Assembly (NCBI GenBank): GCA_027451905.1
Contig: DAIDHV010000008.1
Coordinates: 1 to 64,000, forward strand
Reading direction: 5' to 3'
DNA: 64,000 nt
Source of the DNA: Armatimonadota bacterium
Lineage (GTDB): Bacteria > Armatimonadota > Fimbriimonadia > Fimbriimonadales > Fimbriimonadaceae
Below, one piece after another: positions 20,004 through 30,705 of this stretch (position 1 is the first letter of the stretch; each line of letters starts with the position of its first letter). The translations under genes and the position numbers were made by a program. The notes under the pieces were generated by a model that was not told the DNA's origin, ran no database searches, and saw nothing but the letters and a program-made list of their open reading frames with translations.

Positions 20004-22733
20004 ATGAATAGTTTTAGTGCAAAGGGAATTCTGAGTTCGGGCGGTCAAGAATACGAAATCTTTAGGCTAAAAGCCCTAGAAGATCATGGCTACGATCTTT
20101 CCAAATTGCCATTTTCTTTGAAAGTGCTTTTAGAGAATCTTTTGCGGCTAGAAGATGGGGCCGATGTAACCTCCCATCACATAAAAGCCCTTGCCTCTTG
20201 GGATCCAGCAGCTGAACCCTCACATGAGATTGCCTTCACCCCTGCCCGGGTTATCTTGCAAGACTTCACCGGTGTCCCTTGCGTGGTTGACCTAGCCGCC
20301 ATGAGGGATGCAATGAACGCGCTGGGAGGCGACCCACAGAAGATCAACCCCTTGCAGCCAGTCGAGCTTGTTATTGACCACTCGGTTCAAGTGGATGCCT
20401 ATGGCTCCGAGGCCGCCTTGCTCATTAACCGAGACCTAGAATTTGAGCGCAACCAAGAGCGCTATGAGTTCCTTAAGTGGGGGCAAGATGCCCTTAACAA
20501 CTTTAAGGTTGTGCCTCCCAACACCGGTATTGTCCACCAAGTCAATCTAGAACACCTTGCGCGGGTTACGTTTGTGAAGCCCCTTAACAACGGAGCCGTC
20601 CAGGCTTACCCCGATACACTAGTTGGAACCGATAGTCACACAACCATGATTAATGGTCTTGGGGTTCTTGGATGGGGGGTAGGCGGAATCGAAGCCGAAG
20701 CAGCCATGCTAGGTCAGCCTGTTTCCATGTTGATCCCTCAAGTTGTTGGGTTCAAACTAAAAGGAAAGCTGCCAGAAGGAAGCACGGCAACCGATTTGGT
20801 CTTAACCGTTACCCAGATGCTGCGCAAAAAGGGAGTGGTTGGCAAGTTTGTTGAGTTTTTTGGAGAAGGGCTTGTTCATCTGCCCCTTGCCGATAGGGCC
20901 ACGATCGGCAATATGTCTCCTGAGTTCGGGGCAACCTGCGCCTTATTCCCGATTGATGCCGAAGCCCTGCGATACATGAGTCTGACCGGCCGTCCAGAAT
21001 GGCAGATAGATCTCACCGAAGCCTACTACAAAGAGCAAGGCATGTTCCATACCGCAGAGACGCCAGAAGCCACGTATTCTGACCTTCTAGAGCTTGATCT
21101 AGGATCGGTTCAGCCCAGCGTTGCAGGACCAAAACGTCCGCAAGATAGGCTCACCCTGGACCAGGTATCCGCCAACTTCGCTCAAACATTTTCTGCCCAG
21201 CTGTCTCAAACCCATGCCAACTCTCAGCCTTTCGGTGGCGGCGGAATTGCAGTTGCCCATACAGACGCAGAAACAAGAGCCAACGAAGCCGCCAGTGAGG
21301 TCCAAAATGGATCGGTGGTCATTGCTGCTATTACCAGCTGCACAAATACTAGCAACCCAAGCGTCATGATTGCGGCAGGACTGGTTGCCAAAAAAGCAGT
21401 GGAAAAGGGACTGAAACCTAAGCCGTGGGTCAAAACCAGTTTGGCACCCGGTAGCCGCGTGGCAAGCGACATTCTTGCTAAAGCAGGATTGCTGACTTAC
21501 CTAGAGCAGATTCAATTTGATGTGGTTGGGTACGGCTGCACAACCTGCATTGGCAACAGTGGCCCTCTGCCGGAGGCCATTTCCAAAGCCGTAAACCAGC
21601 AAGAGCTTGTTGTTTGCAGTGTCTTGAGCGGCAACCGTAACTTCGAAGGCAGAATCAGCCCCGATGTCAAAGCCAACTACCTCATGTCGCCGCCTCTCGT
21701 TGTGGCTTACTCGCTTTTAGGCAGAATTGATGCCGATATCGCTACCGACCCAATTGGCAAGGATAGCCGAGGCAATCCTGTTTATCTCAAAGATATCTGG
21801 CCCACCCAGGCCGAAATTGCAGAGGCAGTTTCCCTAGCTGTGAAGTCCGAACTTTACCAATCAAACTATGCCTCTGTGTTCGACGGCGATGAAAAGTGGA
21901 AAGCCATTCCCACTAAAAAAAGTGATCGATACGGGTGGAACTCAAGTTCAACTTACATCAAGCTGCCTCCTTACTTTGATGGCATGGAAAAAGTAGCCCC
22001 CGAATCTGTGGCTGACCTGCAAGAGATGAGGGTTCTTGCCCTCCTTGGAGACAGCATTACAACCGATCACATTTCTCCAGCCGGTTCTATCAAGCTCAAT
22101 TCTCCCGCCGGAAAGTACCTTACCGACCACGGGGTTGATCCTAAGTTCTTCAATAGCTATGGCAGTCGTCGCGGAAATGATGAGGTCATGGTTAGAGGGA
22201 CCTTTGCTAATATCCGGCTTCGAAACCTTGCCGCGCCGGGCACTGAGGGTGGATTTACAACTTATTTTCCGACCGGTGAAGTCACAACAATATTTGAAGC
22301 CAGCCAAAAATATAAGGAGTCAAAAACCCCTCTGCTTGTGATTGCAGGCAAAGAATATGGTAGCGGGTCATCGCGAGACTGGGCGGCAAAAGGCACCATG
22401 ATGTTAGGTGTAAAAGCAGTTCTTGCCCAAAGCTTTGAAAGAATCCACCGCTCAAACCTGATTGGAATGGGGATTGTTCCTCTTCAATTCTTAGACGGAG
22501 AATCTGCGGAAAGTCTTGGACTGAAAGGGGATGAAGTTTTTGACCTCATTGGTCTTTCTCACGCCATCGCCAACGGCTTTTCTGAAGGGAAACAGCTTAA
22601 AATGTTGGCCAAAAGCGGAGGATCGCAGAAAGAGTTTATAGTGACAGCAAGAATTGATACCCCCGGTGAAATCAACTACTATCGCAATGGCGGCATCCTT
22701 CAATACGTGCTGCGCCAGCTGCTCAATAGCTAA
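20004..22733 (+). CDS. acnA: Aconitate hydratase A
   Basis: 909-aa aconitase/IRP family; conserved Fe-S ligand regions and SER-ARG substrate motifs throughout. Confidence 0.95.
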   Translation: MNSFSAKGILSSGGQEYEIFRLKALEDHGYDLSKLPFSLKVLLENLLRLEDGADVTSHHIKALASWDPAAEPSHEIAFTPARVILQDFTGVPCVVDLAAMRDAMNALGGDPQKINPLQPVELVIDHSVQVDAYGSEAALLINRDLEFERNQERYEFLKWGQDALNNFKVVPPNTGIVHQVNLEHLARVTFVKPLNNGAVQAYPDTLVGTDSHTTMINGLGVLGWGVGGIEAEAAMLGQPVSMLIPQVVGFKLKGKLPEGSTATDLVLTVTQMLRKKGVVGKFVEFFGEGLVHLPLADRATIGNMSPEFGATCALFPIDAEALRYMSLTGRPEWQIDLTEAYYKEQGMFHTAETPEATYSDLLELDLGSVQPSVAGPKRPQDRLTLDQVSANFAQTFSAQLSQTHANSQPFGGGGIAVAHTDAETRANEAASEVQNGSVVIAAITSCTNTSNPSVMIAAGLVAKKAVEKGLKPKPWVKTSLAPGSRVASDILAKAGLLTYLEQIQFDVVGYGCTTCIGNSGPLPEAISKAVNQQELVVCSVLSGNRNFEGRISPDVKANYLMSPPLVVAYSLLGRIDADIATDPIGKDSRGNPVYLKDIWPTQAEIAEAVSLAVKSELYQSNYASVFDGDEKWKAIPTKKSDRYGWNSSSTYIKLPPYFDGMEKVAPESVADLQEMRVLALLGDSITTDHISPAGSIKLNSPAGKYLTDHGVDPKFFNSYGSRRGNDEVMVRGTFANIRLRNLAAPGTEGGFTTYFPTGEVTTIFEASQKYKESKTPLLVIAGKEYGSGSSRDWAAKGTMMLGVKAVLAQSFERIHRSNLIGMGIVPLQFLDGESAESLGLKGDEVFDLIGLSHAIANGFSEGKQLKMLAKSGGSQKEFIVTARIDTPGEINYYRNGGILQYVLRQLLNS

Positions 22734-23059
22734 GGAAACCTCAAAGCCTCCAAAGCCACCGGTTGCCATCCTAACAAAGTCATGGGCCTTGTTAGGTCGG
22801 AAAGGTTTCTGCCAGTCATTGAACTGCCAAAGGCTTTTTCTAAAATCGTATTCCTAAGTTTGGAATCGGCAAGCCAGATCGGATAAAAAGCAAGTAAGCA
22901 ATTCTGAACCATTGGCAAAAACTCTCCATTTAGCTTAATCTCTGGTAGATTCTCCATCCATTGAGGGTAAGGCGAGTCTTTGCAGAAGTAGATCATGGTG
23001 TAGCTTGGATTTCTTTGGGAGAAGTCCTTGCAAAATGTGGAATGTCGCACATTTGCCAC
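22730..23059 (-). CDS. Hypothetical small protein (109 aa) in the acnA-menF intergenic region
   Basis: ORF only; no recognisable domain. Confidence 0.2.
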   Translation of the reverse strand: MANVRHSTFCKDFSQRNPSYTMIYFCKDSPYPQWMENLPEIKLNGEFLPMVQNCLLAFYPIWLADSKLRNTILEKAFGSSMTGRNLSDLTRPMTLLGWQPVALEALRFP

Positions 23060-23162
23060 TTCCTGCTTCGCTCTAACAAAGAACTTTGCGGTGTTCCAGT
23101 AGAAGAAACGAGGCCCCCAAACGTATCATATTGAGTTGTGGATGGAACGTGCCTCGTTTCAA

Positions 23163-23230
23163 TTTGCCTCGCCTCATCCGACCCCGTTAAAACGGGGCCA
23201 CCTTCTCCAAATTTCATTTGGAGAAGGATC
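23163..23230. repeat. Copy B of the repeated hairpin element (CCCCGTTAAAACGGGG plus an 11-bp-stem hairpin CCTTCTCCAAA-TTTCA-TTTGGAGAAGG)
   Basis: Reverse-complement identity to 17226-17249; located upstream of menF. Confidence 0.6.
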
Positions 23231-23358
23231 AAGGGTGAGGCTAAGGATTTGTGCAGTTATCACGTGCAAATAAACAAAGAATGTGAGAAAACTTGTTGTG
23301 AAGTTTTCGAACTTTCAATAGATGGTAAAATCTCGCGTAGAAGAAGGTAGAAACAAAT

Positions 23359-24447
23359 ATGACGGCAAGCCTTCAATCCAAAGCCACGATCGTTGAGAAC
23401 CAACCTTTTGATTTGCAGGAATTTTTAAGTTCCGGAGTCATTCTTGGATTGGGTGGTGGAGTTTGCGTTGTCGGATCTGGCGAATACACCCGCAGTGCAG
23501 CCTCGATCCCAGGTCAGCTTTCGGTTTACTCTCCCGACTTTTTGCTGACCAACGAGAACCCGTGGTATTGCTTTCCCCGGTACTTGATGCTTCCCATTTC
23601 TCATCTCCTCAGCCTGCTTTCTGAACCCCATTTTGCAGGTCTTGAGTGGCTGGATGCAGACCGAGAAGACTTTCGCCAGAGCTTTGAAACCATCCAACAA
23701 CTTATTGCTTCTGGTGAGCTTCATAAAGCGGTCCCTGTTGCCCATCGCCGCGCGTTAGGTGATTTTTCAGACCAGGCCAAGGGCCATGCTCTTGCCAATA
23801 GCCTCAAGATTTCGCTGGACTATCAGGTTTCGGTTTTTGGTCTGTGGGATCAAAACCAGGGGATCATTGGCATCACTCCAGAAAGCCTTTTTACAATGCA
23901 GGCAGATGGCACGATCACAACCATGGCCCTTGCGGGGACGCGCTCTAACGAGCCGGGAACACCTAGTTTGTTAGCAGACAGCAAAGAGGTACGAGAACAC
24001 GCAATTGTCATTGAAGGCGTCGTTGAAAGGCTAAGCCCTTTTGCCGAGCTCACCGTCAGCCCTGTTTCTGAGCGCAAATTAAATTCCCTGGTTCACCTTC
24101 ATGCCGAAATCAAGGCAAGACCCAACCGCCCGACTGCTTTTGAAGATTGGGTTCGTGCCCTTCACCCCACTCCTGCAATTGGAGCTTGGCCCACCGAGGC
24201 AGGCATGAGGTGGATTCAATCGGAACCCAACAGCAAAAAGAGAATCAAACACGGGGCGCCTTTTGGTGCCATGATTCCTGGCACGGACGTTGTTCAATGC
24301 CTAGTTGCGATCCGGTGCGTGCAATGGCAAGAAAATTCCGTTCAGATTACGGCTGGCTGCGGCATTCTTGCCGAGAGCCTTTTTGAGAAGGAGTGGAACG
24401 AGGTGAACTCAAAAATGGACTCTGTTCAGTTTGGACTCCGCCTCTAA
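23359..24447 (+). CDS. menF: Isochorismate synthase
   Basis: Chorismate-utilising enzyme motifs (GELHKAVP; LHPTPAIGAWP); first gene of the men cluster. Confidence 0.85.
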   Translation: MTASLQSKATIVENQPFDLQEFLSSGVILGLGGGVCVVGSGEYTRSAASIPGQLSVYSPDFLLTNENPWYCFPRYLMLPISHLLSLLSEPHFAGLEWLDADREDFRQSFETIQQLIASGELHKAVPVAHRRALGDFSDQAKGHALANSLKISLDYQVSVFGLWDQNQGIIGITPESLFTMQADGTITTMALAGTRSNEPGTPSLLADSKEVREHAIVIEGVVERLSPFAELTVSPVSERKLNSLVHLHAEIKARPNRPTAFEDWVRALHPTPAIGAWPTEAGMRWIQSEPNSKKRIKHGAPFGAMIPGTDVVQCLVAIRCVQWQENSVQITAGCGILAESLFEKEWNEVNSKMDSVQFGLRL

Positions 24448-24450
24448 ACT

Positions 24451-26019
24451 ATGGCTTCCCAAGAAGCTTCTTATCGGTTAGCCCAAAAAGCTCTTCAGGG
24501 GCTTCATGAATTTGGCATCAGGCAGGTGGTTTTTTGCCCTGGAGGCAGAAATGCCTTCTTGCTTCATGCTCTAACCCATCATTTTAGCCACCAGTTTGAA
24601 GTGGCCTTCCATTTTGAAGAGAGATCGGCTGGATTTTATGCACTTGGGATATCGAAGAGGGTTCAGCAGCCGGTTGCGGTCATTGTGACATCGGGAACCG
24701 CGGCTGGAGAGCTCATTCCAGCCTGCATGGAAGCGTTTTTTTCTGGAGTGCCGATTGTCTTCATAACTGCGGATCGGCCCAAAAGATTTGAAGGAAGCGG
24801 TGCCCCGCAAACTGCCAATCAGGCAGGACTGCTAAATAGCCACGTGTTGGCAGCCCAGGATGTTGACGAAAACGAAACTTGGATTCCTCAGGTCAGCCTC
24901 GTTGGTCCGACCCATTGGAATCTGCGCTTTGAAGACCCTAATCAATCTGCAGATGTAGCAATCACAGACCAAAAGTCAAGATGCCCCCATAGCGTCGACG
25001 CCTACGAACTCGTCGGCAAGATGAAAAATCCGCTTGTGATCATTGGCGAATTAAACAAGGCGGAGGCGGCCTCGGTTCAGAACTGGGCCAGCCAAAGTGG
25101 CTGCGTGTGCCTTTCCGAACCTCTTTCTGGCCTGAGAGAAGTGGATTTCGAATCCAGCTATAACGTGCGATGCAAAAGTTTTGCCATGAACATTGCCGAA
25201 AAATTGGGTCAACCTTTTGATGGGGTCATCCGAGTTGGAGGGGTGCCCACGTTGAGGTTCTGGCGAGACCTTGAAGACCGATATCTTTCTTTGCCGGTTT
25301 CCAATTTTTCTCGACTGCCTTTTTCTGGACTAGGCAGAGCTTGCCAATCCGCATTTGGGAACTTACAAGACATCCTGCCCAAGTTGCAAAGTAATGGTCA
25401 CCAAAACTACTTAGAAGATTTTCGAACTTTAGATCACAAGACGTGGCAAGATTGGCGAGACGTGATGAGTCAGTATCCCAAGAGTGAGCCGACCTTGGTG
25501 CACAGATTGTCTTTGGCTTTGCCTGCCAACGGCAACATCTTTTTAGGCAACAGCATGCCCATTCGAGAGTGGGATTCATCCGCTGACTTAGCCCCCAACT
25601 CAAGGACGTTTTTTGGATCGAGGGGCCTCAATGGCATCGACGGCCAGGTCTCGGCTTTTTATGGTGGATGCCTTGCCGATCGCCCCAATTTTGCTCTGAT
25701 TGGGGACCTTGGCCTGATGTATGATCTGGCAGGTTTTTGGGCGGCCGCTTCAGGCAAAAATCAGCCACCTGGCACGGTTATTGTCATCAACAATGGGGGT
25801 GGGAGAATCTTTGATTCTATGTTCCAAGAACCTCAATTTCAGAACCTGCATTCTGTTTCCTTTCATAGCCTTGCGGAGCTTTGGAACCTTCCCTACTTCA
25901 GAACCGATCAAATCGAGGGTCCTCTTGCTGAATTGGAAAATCACGGCATTGTGGAGATTCAGCCCGATCACCAACAGACTCGGCTTGTCAATTTGGCATG
26001 GAAGGAATTGCAGCCATGA
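24451..26019 (+). CDS. menD: 2-succinyl-5-enolpyruvyl-6-hydroxy-3-cyclohexene-1-carboxylate synthase (ThDP enzyme)
   Basis: ThDP-binding fold; MenD-like N-terminus; operon context. Confidence 0.85.
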   Translation: MASQEASYRLAQKALQGLHEFGIRQVVFCPGGRNAFLLHALTHHFSHQFEVAFHFEERSAGFYALGISKRVQQPVAVIVTSGTAAGELIPACMEAFFSGVPIVFITADRPKRFEGSGAPQTANQAGLLNSHVLAAQDVDENETWIPQVSLVGPTHWNLRFEDPNQSADVAITDQKSRCPHSVDAYELVGKMKNPLVIIGELNKAEAASVQNWASQSGCVCLSEPLSGLREVDFESSYNVRCKSFAMNIAEKLGQPFDGVIRVGGVPTLRFWRDLEDRYLSLPVSNFSRLPFSGLGRACQSAFGNLQDILPKLQSNGHQNYLEDFRTLDHKTWQDWRDVMSQYPKSEPTLVHRLSLALPANGNIFLGNSMPIREWDSSADLAPNSRTFFGSRGLNGIDGQVSAFYGGCLADRPNFALIGDLGLMYDLAGFWAAASGKNQPPGTVIVINNGGGRIFDSMFQEPQFQNLHSVSFHSLAELWNLPYFRTDQIEGPLAELENHGIVEIQPDHQQTRLVNLAWKELQP

Positions 26020-26753
26020 TCTACCTTCACGGATTTCTTGGCTCACCCAGTGATCTCCCTAACTTGATTTCTTCTGCCCTAAGCTTAGATGCCTTGGATT
26101 GGGCAAAGACTTTAAGTTCAGCGCGGCAGGAACTTGAGCAGGTCGAACACCCCCTAGACCTTTTGGCCGACAAATTAGCCCTTCATGAGGCATTTCTGAA
26201 GCAGGGTGGGAGTCGCCCATGGCTTCTTGGCTACTCGATGGGAGGTCGGATTGCCATGCACTTGGCAACTCGTCACCCTCACTTAATTGCAGGCGCCGTC
26301 ATTGTCTCCAGCTCTCCCGGGTTGGCATCCCAAACGGAACGCGCCGAGCGGCTAGATTGCGATCAGCTTTGGGCCCATCGGTTTTTAACTGAAGACTGGC
26401 AAACGGTAATGAGAGATTGGAATCGGCAAAGCGTGTTTGCCGCCGACCGCCTCACGGCTCCTTCCCACGCGTACGATGAATCAATAAGAGCCCAGTGGGC
26501 AACGGTTATGGATTTAGGATCGGTGGGCCGACAACGAGATTTGCGCCAAGACCTTGCCAAAATATCTCGTCCCGTCCTTTTTGCCGCCGGGGAACTTGAC
26601 CCCAAATATGCCCAGCTTTCTGTTGAGTGTCAAAACTTGAACTCCTCTTTTCGATCCCAGATCATCAAAAATGCGGGCCATCGAGTGCCGTGGTCTCAAC
26701 CATCCCTTTTCTTGGCCGCCATCAACTCCTTTATCAACGAGGTCAACTGTTAA
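25998..26753 (+). CDS. menH: SHCHC synthase (alpha/beta hydrolase)
   Basis: IYLHGFLGS...GYSMGGRIAMHLA nucleophile elbow. Confidence 0.8.
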   Translation: MEGIAAMIYLHGFLGSPSDLPNLISSALSLDALDWAKTLSSARQELEQVEHPLDLLADKLALHEAFLKQGGSRPWLLGYSMGGRIAMHLATRHPHLIAGAVIVSSSPGLASQTERAERLDCDQLWAHRFLTEDWQTVMRDWNRQSVFAADRLTAPSHAYDESIRAQWATVMDLGSVGRQRDLRQDLAKISRPVLFAAGELDPKYAQLSVECQNLNSSFRSQIIKNAGHRVPWSQPSLFLAAINSFINEVNC

Positions 26754-26759
26754 CAAACT

Positions 26760-27596
26760 ATGGAAATAGAATCAAACACCGCCCAGTGGACAACCGTCCG
26801 CAGCTACGAAGATATCAAATTAGAGCGAACCGAAAACGGAGTCGCCAAAGTCACGATTAATCGGCCCGAGGTTAGAAATGCCTTTCGACCCCAGACCGTC
26901 GAGGAAATGCTAGACGCCTTTGCCTGGTGCAGAGACGAAACCTCAATTGGGGTCGTCATTTTGACCGGAGAAGGAGAAAAGGCCTTTTGCTCCGGAGGCG
27001 ATCAAAGAGTGAGGGGAGTTGGCGGCTATGTTGGCTCGGATGGAATTCCTCGGCTCAATGTTCTTGATCTGCAAAAAGCAATTCGGTCTTTACCAAAGCC
27101 AGTGATTGCAATGGTTGCGGGTTATGCTATTGGCGGCGGCCACGTTTTGCACGTTGTTTGCGATTTAACAATTGCAGCTGACAATGCTCGGTTTGGACAG
27201 ACTGGTCCCAAGGTTGGCAGCTTTGATGGCGGGCTTGGAAGCAGTTACCTAGCCCGAATTGTGGGTCAGAAAAAGGCAAGAGAAATTTGGTATTTGTGCC
27301 GCCAATATGATGCAAACGAAGCCATGGAAATGGGTCTCGTCAACAAGGTTGTTCCTCTTGCCCAGTTAGAGTCAGAAACCCTCCAATGGTGCGCGGAGAT
27401 TTTGCAGCACTCCCCTTTAGCGTTAAGATGCCTCAAATCTGCCCTCAATGCAGATTGCGATGGCCAGATAGGGTTGCTTGACTTTGCTGGGAATGCAACC
27501 CTTTTGTACTACCTTTCCGAAGAAGCCAAGGAAGGCAAAGAAGCCTACTTGCAAAAAAGAAAGCCCGAATTCTCCAAATTTGGTCGGCTTCCATAA
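26760..27596 (+). CDS. menB: 1,4-dihydroxy-2-naphthoyl-CoA synthase (crotonase fold)
   Basis: [33 protein letters not shown]... Confidence 0.92.
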   Translation: MEIESNTAQWTTVRSYEDIKLERTENGVAKVTINRPEVRNAFRPQTVEEMLDAFAWCRDETSIGVVILTGEGEKAFCSGGDQRVRGVGGYVGSDGIPRLNVLDLQKAIRSLPKPVIAMVAGYAIGGGHVLHVVCDLTIAADNARFGQTGPKVGSFDGGLGSSYLARIVGQKKAREIWYLCRQYDANEAMEMGLVNKVVPLAQLESETLQWCAEILQHSPLALRCLKSALNADCDGQIGLLDFAGNATLLYYLSEEAKEGKEAYLQKRKPEFSKFGRLP

Positions 27597-27606
27597 GGAG
27601 CATTGT

Positions 27607-28656
27607 TTGTCTCGACTTTGGTTTCACCACTATCAGCTTGTCCCCAAAAATCCGGGCATTCCCCTGAGAGAGGGAGCCTTAATAAGGGTTGAAACCGATT
27701 CAGGGTTTGGGTACGGAGATTGCCATCCATGGCCAGAGTTCACGGACATGCCGCTGACTTTCCAATTGACCTTAATGGAAGCCATCTTAGCCAACGTGCA
27801 GGCTCCAGATCCTGTTCATAGCTCAGAGTTTCATCGCCCCCTCATGTGCGCCGCCGCCGAAATGGCACTCCGATGCGCTCTTACCGATGGCAAGGCTCGT
27901 ACCGCAGGAGTTCTGCTCATAGACCCTTTCGTTGATGTGCCGAACCACTATTCGATGCCCTATGGCTTAGGCAACGGCTCAGACAAGGAAATTTATGAGG
28001 AGCTGCGGCGAGCCAAGGAGCTTGGATTTTCAATTGTCAAGTTCAAGGTTAATGAGTATTCAACCTTAGGCCAGGTTTCGTGGGCATACTCAGCCGCCGG
28101 TGGCTTGGGCTTCCAAGTGAGGCTGGACATGAATGCGCGATTAAGCTATTTTGAAGTGGAGAAATTGCTTTTGGGGCTGCAATTCATCAACAGTGACCTT
28201 AGTCATTTGGATTGGATTGAAGACCCTTTTCCTTTTGATGCTGAACAGTATCGCCAACTTAAGGACCAATTTGGTAAAAAAATTGCGATTGATTTTGTTG
28301 CTCCCATCGATAAAGTGCCCACGGAGAGTGCCGATGTTGCCATTTTTAAGCCAGGAATCCAGCATATTGCGGCGGCTGAAGTGGCATTAGAGAAGGGATT
28401 CTCGGTTTGCGTAACTAGCATGCTCGATCATCCGCTTGGACAGCTGTGGGCCCACTTTCAGGCTCAATCCCTACTCAAAACCAGTGGAGATCTCGATGCG
28501 CGTGTCGTGCCAGGAGGCATCGCAAGTCACTTTGCCTACAAATCCGGTCCGTTTTCTGATCAATTGCTTCTTAAGAACACAAGCCTAATGCCGGTGCAAG
28601 GCACAGGTCTTGGATTTGATGACCAGTTGGGGGACCTTGAATGGACACCAATCTAG
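27607..28656 (+). CDS. menC: o-succinylbenzoate synthase (enolase superfamily); probable TTG start after menB
   Basis: Enolase-superfamily N-terminal capping region and barrel. The ORF is open from inside menB, but a GGAG RBS and TTG at 27607 fit better. Confidence 0.75.
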   Translation: MSRLWFHHYQLVPKNPGIPLREGALIRVETDSGFGYGDCHPWPEFTDMPLTFQLTLMEAILANVQAPDPVHSSEFHRPLMCAAAEMALRCALTDGKARTAGVLLIDPFVDVPNHYSMPYGLGNGSDKEIYEELRRAKELGFSIVKFKVNEYSTLGQVSWAYSAAGGLGFQVRLDMNARLSYFEVEKLLLGLQFINSDLSHLDWIEDPFPFDAEQYRQLKDQFGKKIAIDFVAPIDKVPTESADVAIFKPGIQHIAAAEVALEKGFSVCVTSMLDHPLGQLWAHFQAQSLLKTSGDLDARVVPGGIASHFAYKSGPFSDQLLLKNTSLMPVQGTGLGFDDQLGDLEWTPI

Positions 28657-29843
28657 CCAACCACGCCACGCCGCTGGCGCTGTATGGCTTTGATAATGGC
28701 TCCAATCTCGCCCTTTTCAATCCCCGTTTAGACCAGGCAACCGTGGAGGAGCTGATGAGAAGGCTAGACCTGGTTGACCATTTAAAGGGCCATATCCTTG
28801 TTCTTTCTTCTGGCACAACCTCCGATCAGACGGCCCCAAAGTGGATTGCACTCTCCAAAGGGGCAATCTTGTCAGCGGCAATGGCTTCGAACCAGGTTCT
28901 TAAGGAGAGCTCCGATGACGTTTGGCTACATCTTCTTCCAACTTTTCACGTTGGCGGGATGGGGATATGGGCACGCAGCTATTTAAGCGGCTCTCAAGTG
29001 ATAGACCCCAAAATCGGGAAGTGGGAGGCGCAAACGGCAGTTGACCTTTTCCAAAACTCCAAAGCCACTTTGGCATCCCTTGTTCCCGCTCAGGTTCATG
29101 ATTTGGTGATGATTCAGGCCCTATCTCCCAAGTCCCTCCGAGCGGTCTTGGTTGGAGGAGGCGCTCTTTCCTTCGATGTGTATCGGAAAGCGAGGGAGCT
29201 AGGTTGGCCGCTGCTAAGAACCTACGGTATGACGGAAACCGCTTCTCAGGCCGCCACCGAGAGTTTAGAAACTTTGCAAGGCGACGGGCCGGTTGAGGCT
29301 AGCTTGCATGTTCTGCCCCACCTGCAGGCAAGGAGTACGGCAGAAGGAAGAATTGAACTCAAAGGAGATTCTCTTCTCACCGGTTGGATTGTGGAAACGG
29401 AGAATAGCACACCCGCGTTTTGTGATCCCAAAGACTCGGAAGGTTGGCTAACGACTCAAGACCTTGGCGTAGTGAAGGGGAATGCTCTGCAGTTTCAGGG
29501 GCGCGTTTCTCATATCGTCAAAATCCTTGGTGAAACGGTGTCTTTGGCTAAACTGGAATCTGTTCTCGCCGAGGTTAGCGGCGGATTTTATTCCTATCTA
29601 GCCCTTGTGCCAGTGCCGGACCCAAGAAGGGAAACCAACTTGGTTCTCTTTTATGAGAACCAGGTCGGCCAGCAGCCACCGGTTGACGCTATCATCAGCG
29701 GTTTCAACAAAAAAGTTCTGCCTTACGAAAGAATTCAAGAAGCCATTGCCGTATCCCAAATCCCAAGAACAGATTTAGGAAAAGTGAAGCTAAAAGAGTT
29801 AATAACCCTTTATGAGAGCCACTGCGCCGGTGCCAAGACCTAG
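28641..29843 (+). CDS. menE: o-succinylbenzoate-CoA ligase (AMP-binding)
   Basis: AMP-binding motifs (LSSGTTS..., YGMTET). Confidence 0.85.
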   Translation: MDTNLANHATPLALYGFDNGSNLALFNPRLDQATVEELMRRLDLVDHLKGHILVLSSGTTSDQTAPKWIALSKGAILSAAMASNQVLKESSDDVWLHLLPTFHVGGMGIWARSYLSGSQVIDPKIGKWEAQTAVDLFQNSKATLASLVPAQVHDLVMIQALSPKSLRAVLVGGGALSFDVYRKARELGWPLLRTYGMTETASQAATESLETLQGDGPVEASLHVLPHLQARSTAEGRIELKGDSLLTGWIVETENSTPAFCDPKDSEGWLTTQDLGVVKGNALQFQGRVSHIVKILGETVSLAKLESVLAEVSGGFYSYLALVPVPDPRRETNLVLFYENQVGQQPPVDAIISGFNKKVLPYERIQEAIAVSQIPRTDLGKVKLKELITLYESHCAGAKT

Positions 29844-29919
29844 CCACATCCTCATGGGGATTCTCTTTTGAAATTCGCTGCACAGATTCCTTTTTGAAAT
29901 CCGCCGGGTGCCAATTCCA

Positions 29920-29958
29920 CGCTAGGAGGGTGTTGAGTTCCTCAACACCCTCCTAGCG
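29920..29958. promoter_or_regulatory. Perfect 39-bp palindrome (18-bp arms, 3-nt loop) between convergent menE and the thioesterase gene
   Basis: CGCTAGGAGGGTGTTGAG-TTC-CTCAACACCCTCCTAGCG; no flanking T-run. Confidence 0.6.
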
Positions 29959-29977
29959 GACCTCGGTAAGCCGTCAT

Positions 29978-30424
29978 CTACAGATTGCATTCTGTTTTTC
30001 TTGCCGGCTTCGTCACAATCGTGACAAGGGATGTGGAAACCAAGGCGCCCGAATCACCGACAATTTCTACCTCCCAAACAAAATGAGTCTTTCCGATTCG
30101 TTTTGCCTTTGCGGTGCCGGTCACGATGGTTCCGAAAGGAGCCGCATTAAGGTGATTCACAGTGATGGAAAGCCCCAAGGGAACAAAATCTACTCCCGAC
30201 ACCAGCATAGAGGCAATGCTGGCAAGGGATTCTGCCAAGACTGCAGACGCCCCTCCGTGGAGGATGCGAAAAGGCTGCATTGTGCGCTCATCCACCGGCA
30301 TCGTGCCTACAATCCGGTCATCAAAAACCTCTTCAATCTTCATGCCAAGAGAATCATGAATCGTCCCTTGGCATTGTTGATTCAACTGATGAGGAGAAAG
30401 GTTTAGCTTCCAGATTGAGGGCAC
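29978..30424 (-). CDS. menI: Hotdog-fold (PaaI-type) thioesterase, candidate DHNA-CoA hydrolase
   Basis: PaaI-like HGG motif (RILHGGASAVLAES); convergent to menE. Confidence 0.65.
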   Translation of the reverse strand: MPSIWKLNLSPHQLNQQCQGTIHDSLGMKIEEVFDDRIVGTMPVDERTMQPFRILHGGASAVLAESLASIASMLVSGVDFVPLGLSITVNHLNAAPFGTIVTGTAKAKRIGKTHFVWEVEIVGDSGALVSTSLVTIVTKPARKTECNL

Positions 30425-30471
30425 ATCAAACAGGATACGTTAATTTGTGCCCTTGATCATCTCCAGAGAAT

Positions 30472-30666
30472 CTATTGACTAGAATCTTCCGGCGGTTCGC
30501 CCTCCGAGGTGGACTCACTTATTCTTCTCCCCCTTGCTAACAGCGCTTCCCTTAAGAGCACCTCGATCTCTCCATTGACAGACCGAAAGTCTTGGGCGGC
30601 TGCTTTTTGCAGGGCGTCCCATAGCTCTTGGCTGACTCTCAGGGCAAAGGCCTTCTTTTCTGCCAT
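30472..30666 (-). CDS. Arc/MetJ-type ribbon-helix-helix DNA-binding protein
   Basis: FALRVSQELWDALQKAAAQDFRSVNGEIEVLLREAL matches the Arc-like RHH pattern. Confidence 0.65.
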   Translation of the reverse strand: MAEKKAFALRVSQELWDALQKAAAQDFRSVNGEIEVLLREALLARGRRISESTSEGEPPEDSSQ

Positions 30667-30705
30667 GGGACCTAACTGCGACGGTCTTGCCTAATTTTGC
30701 CTTGG

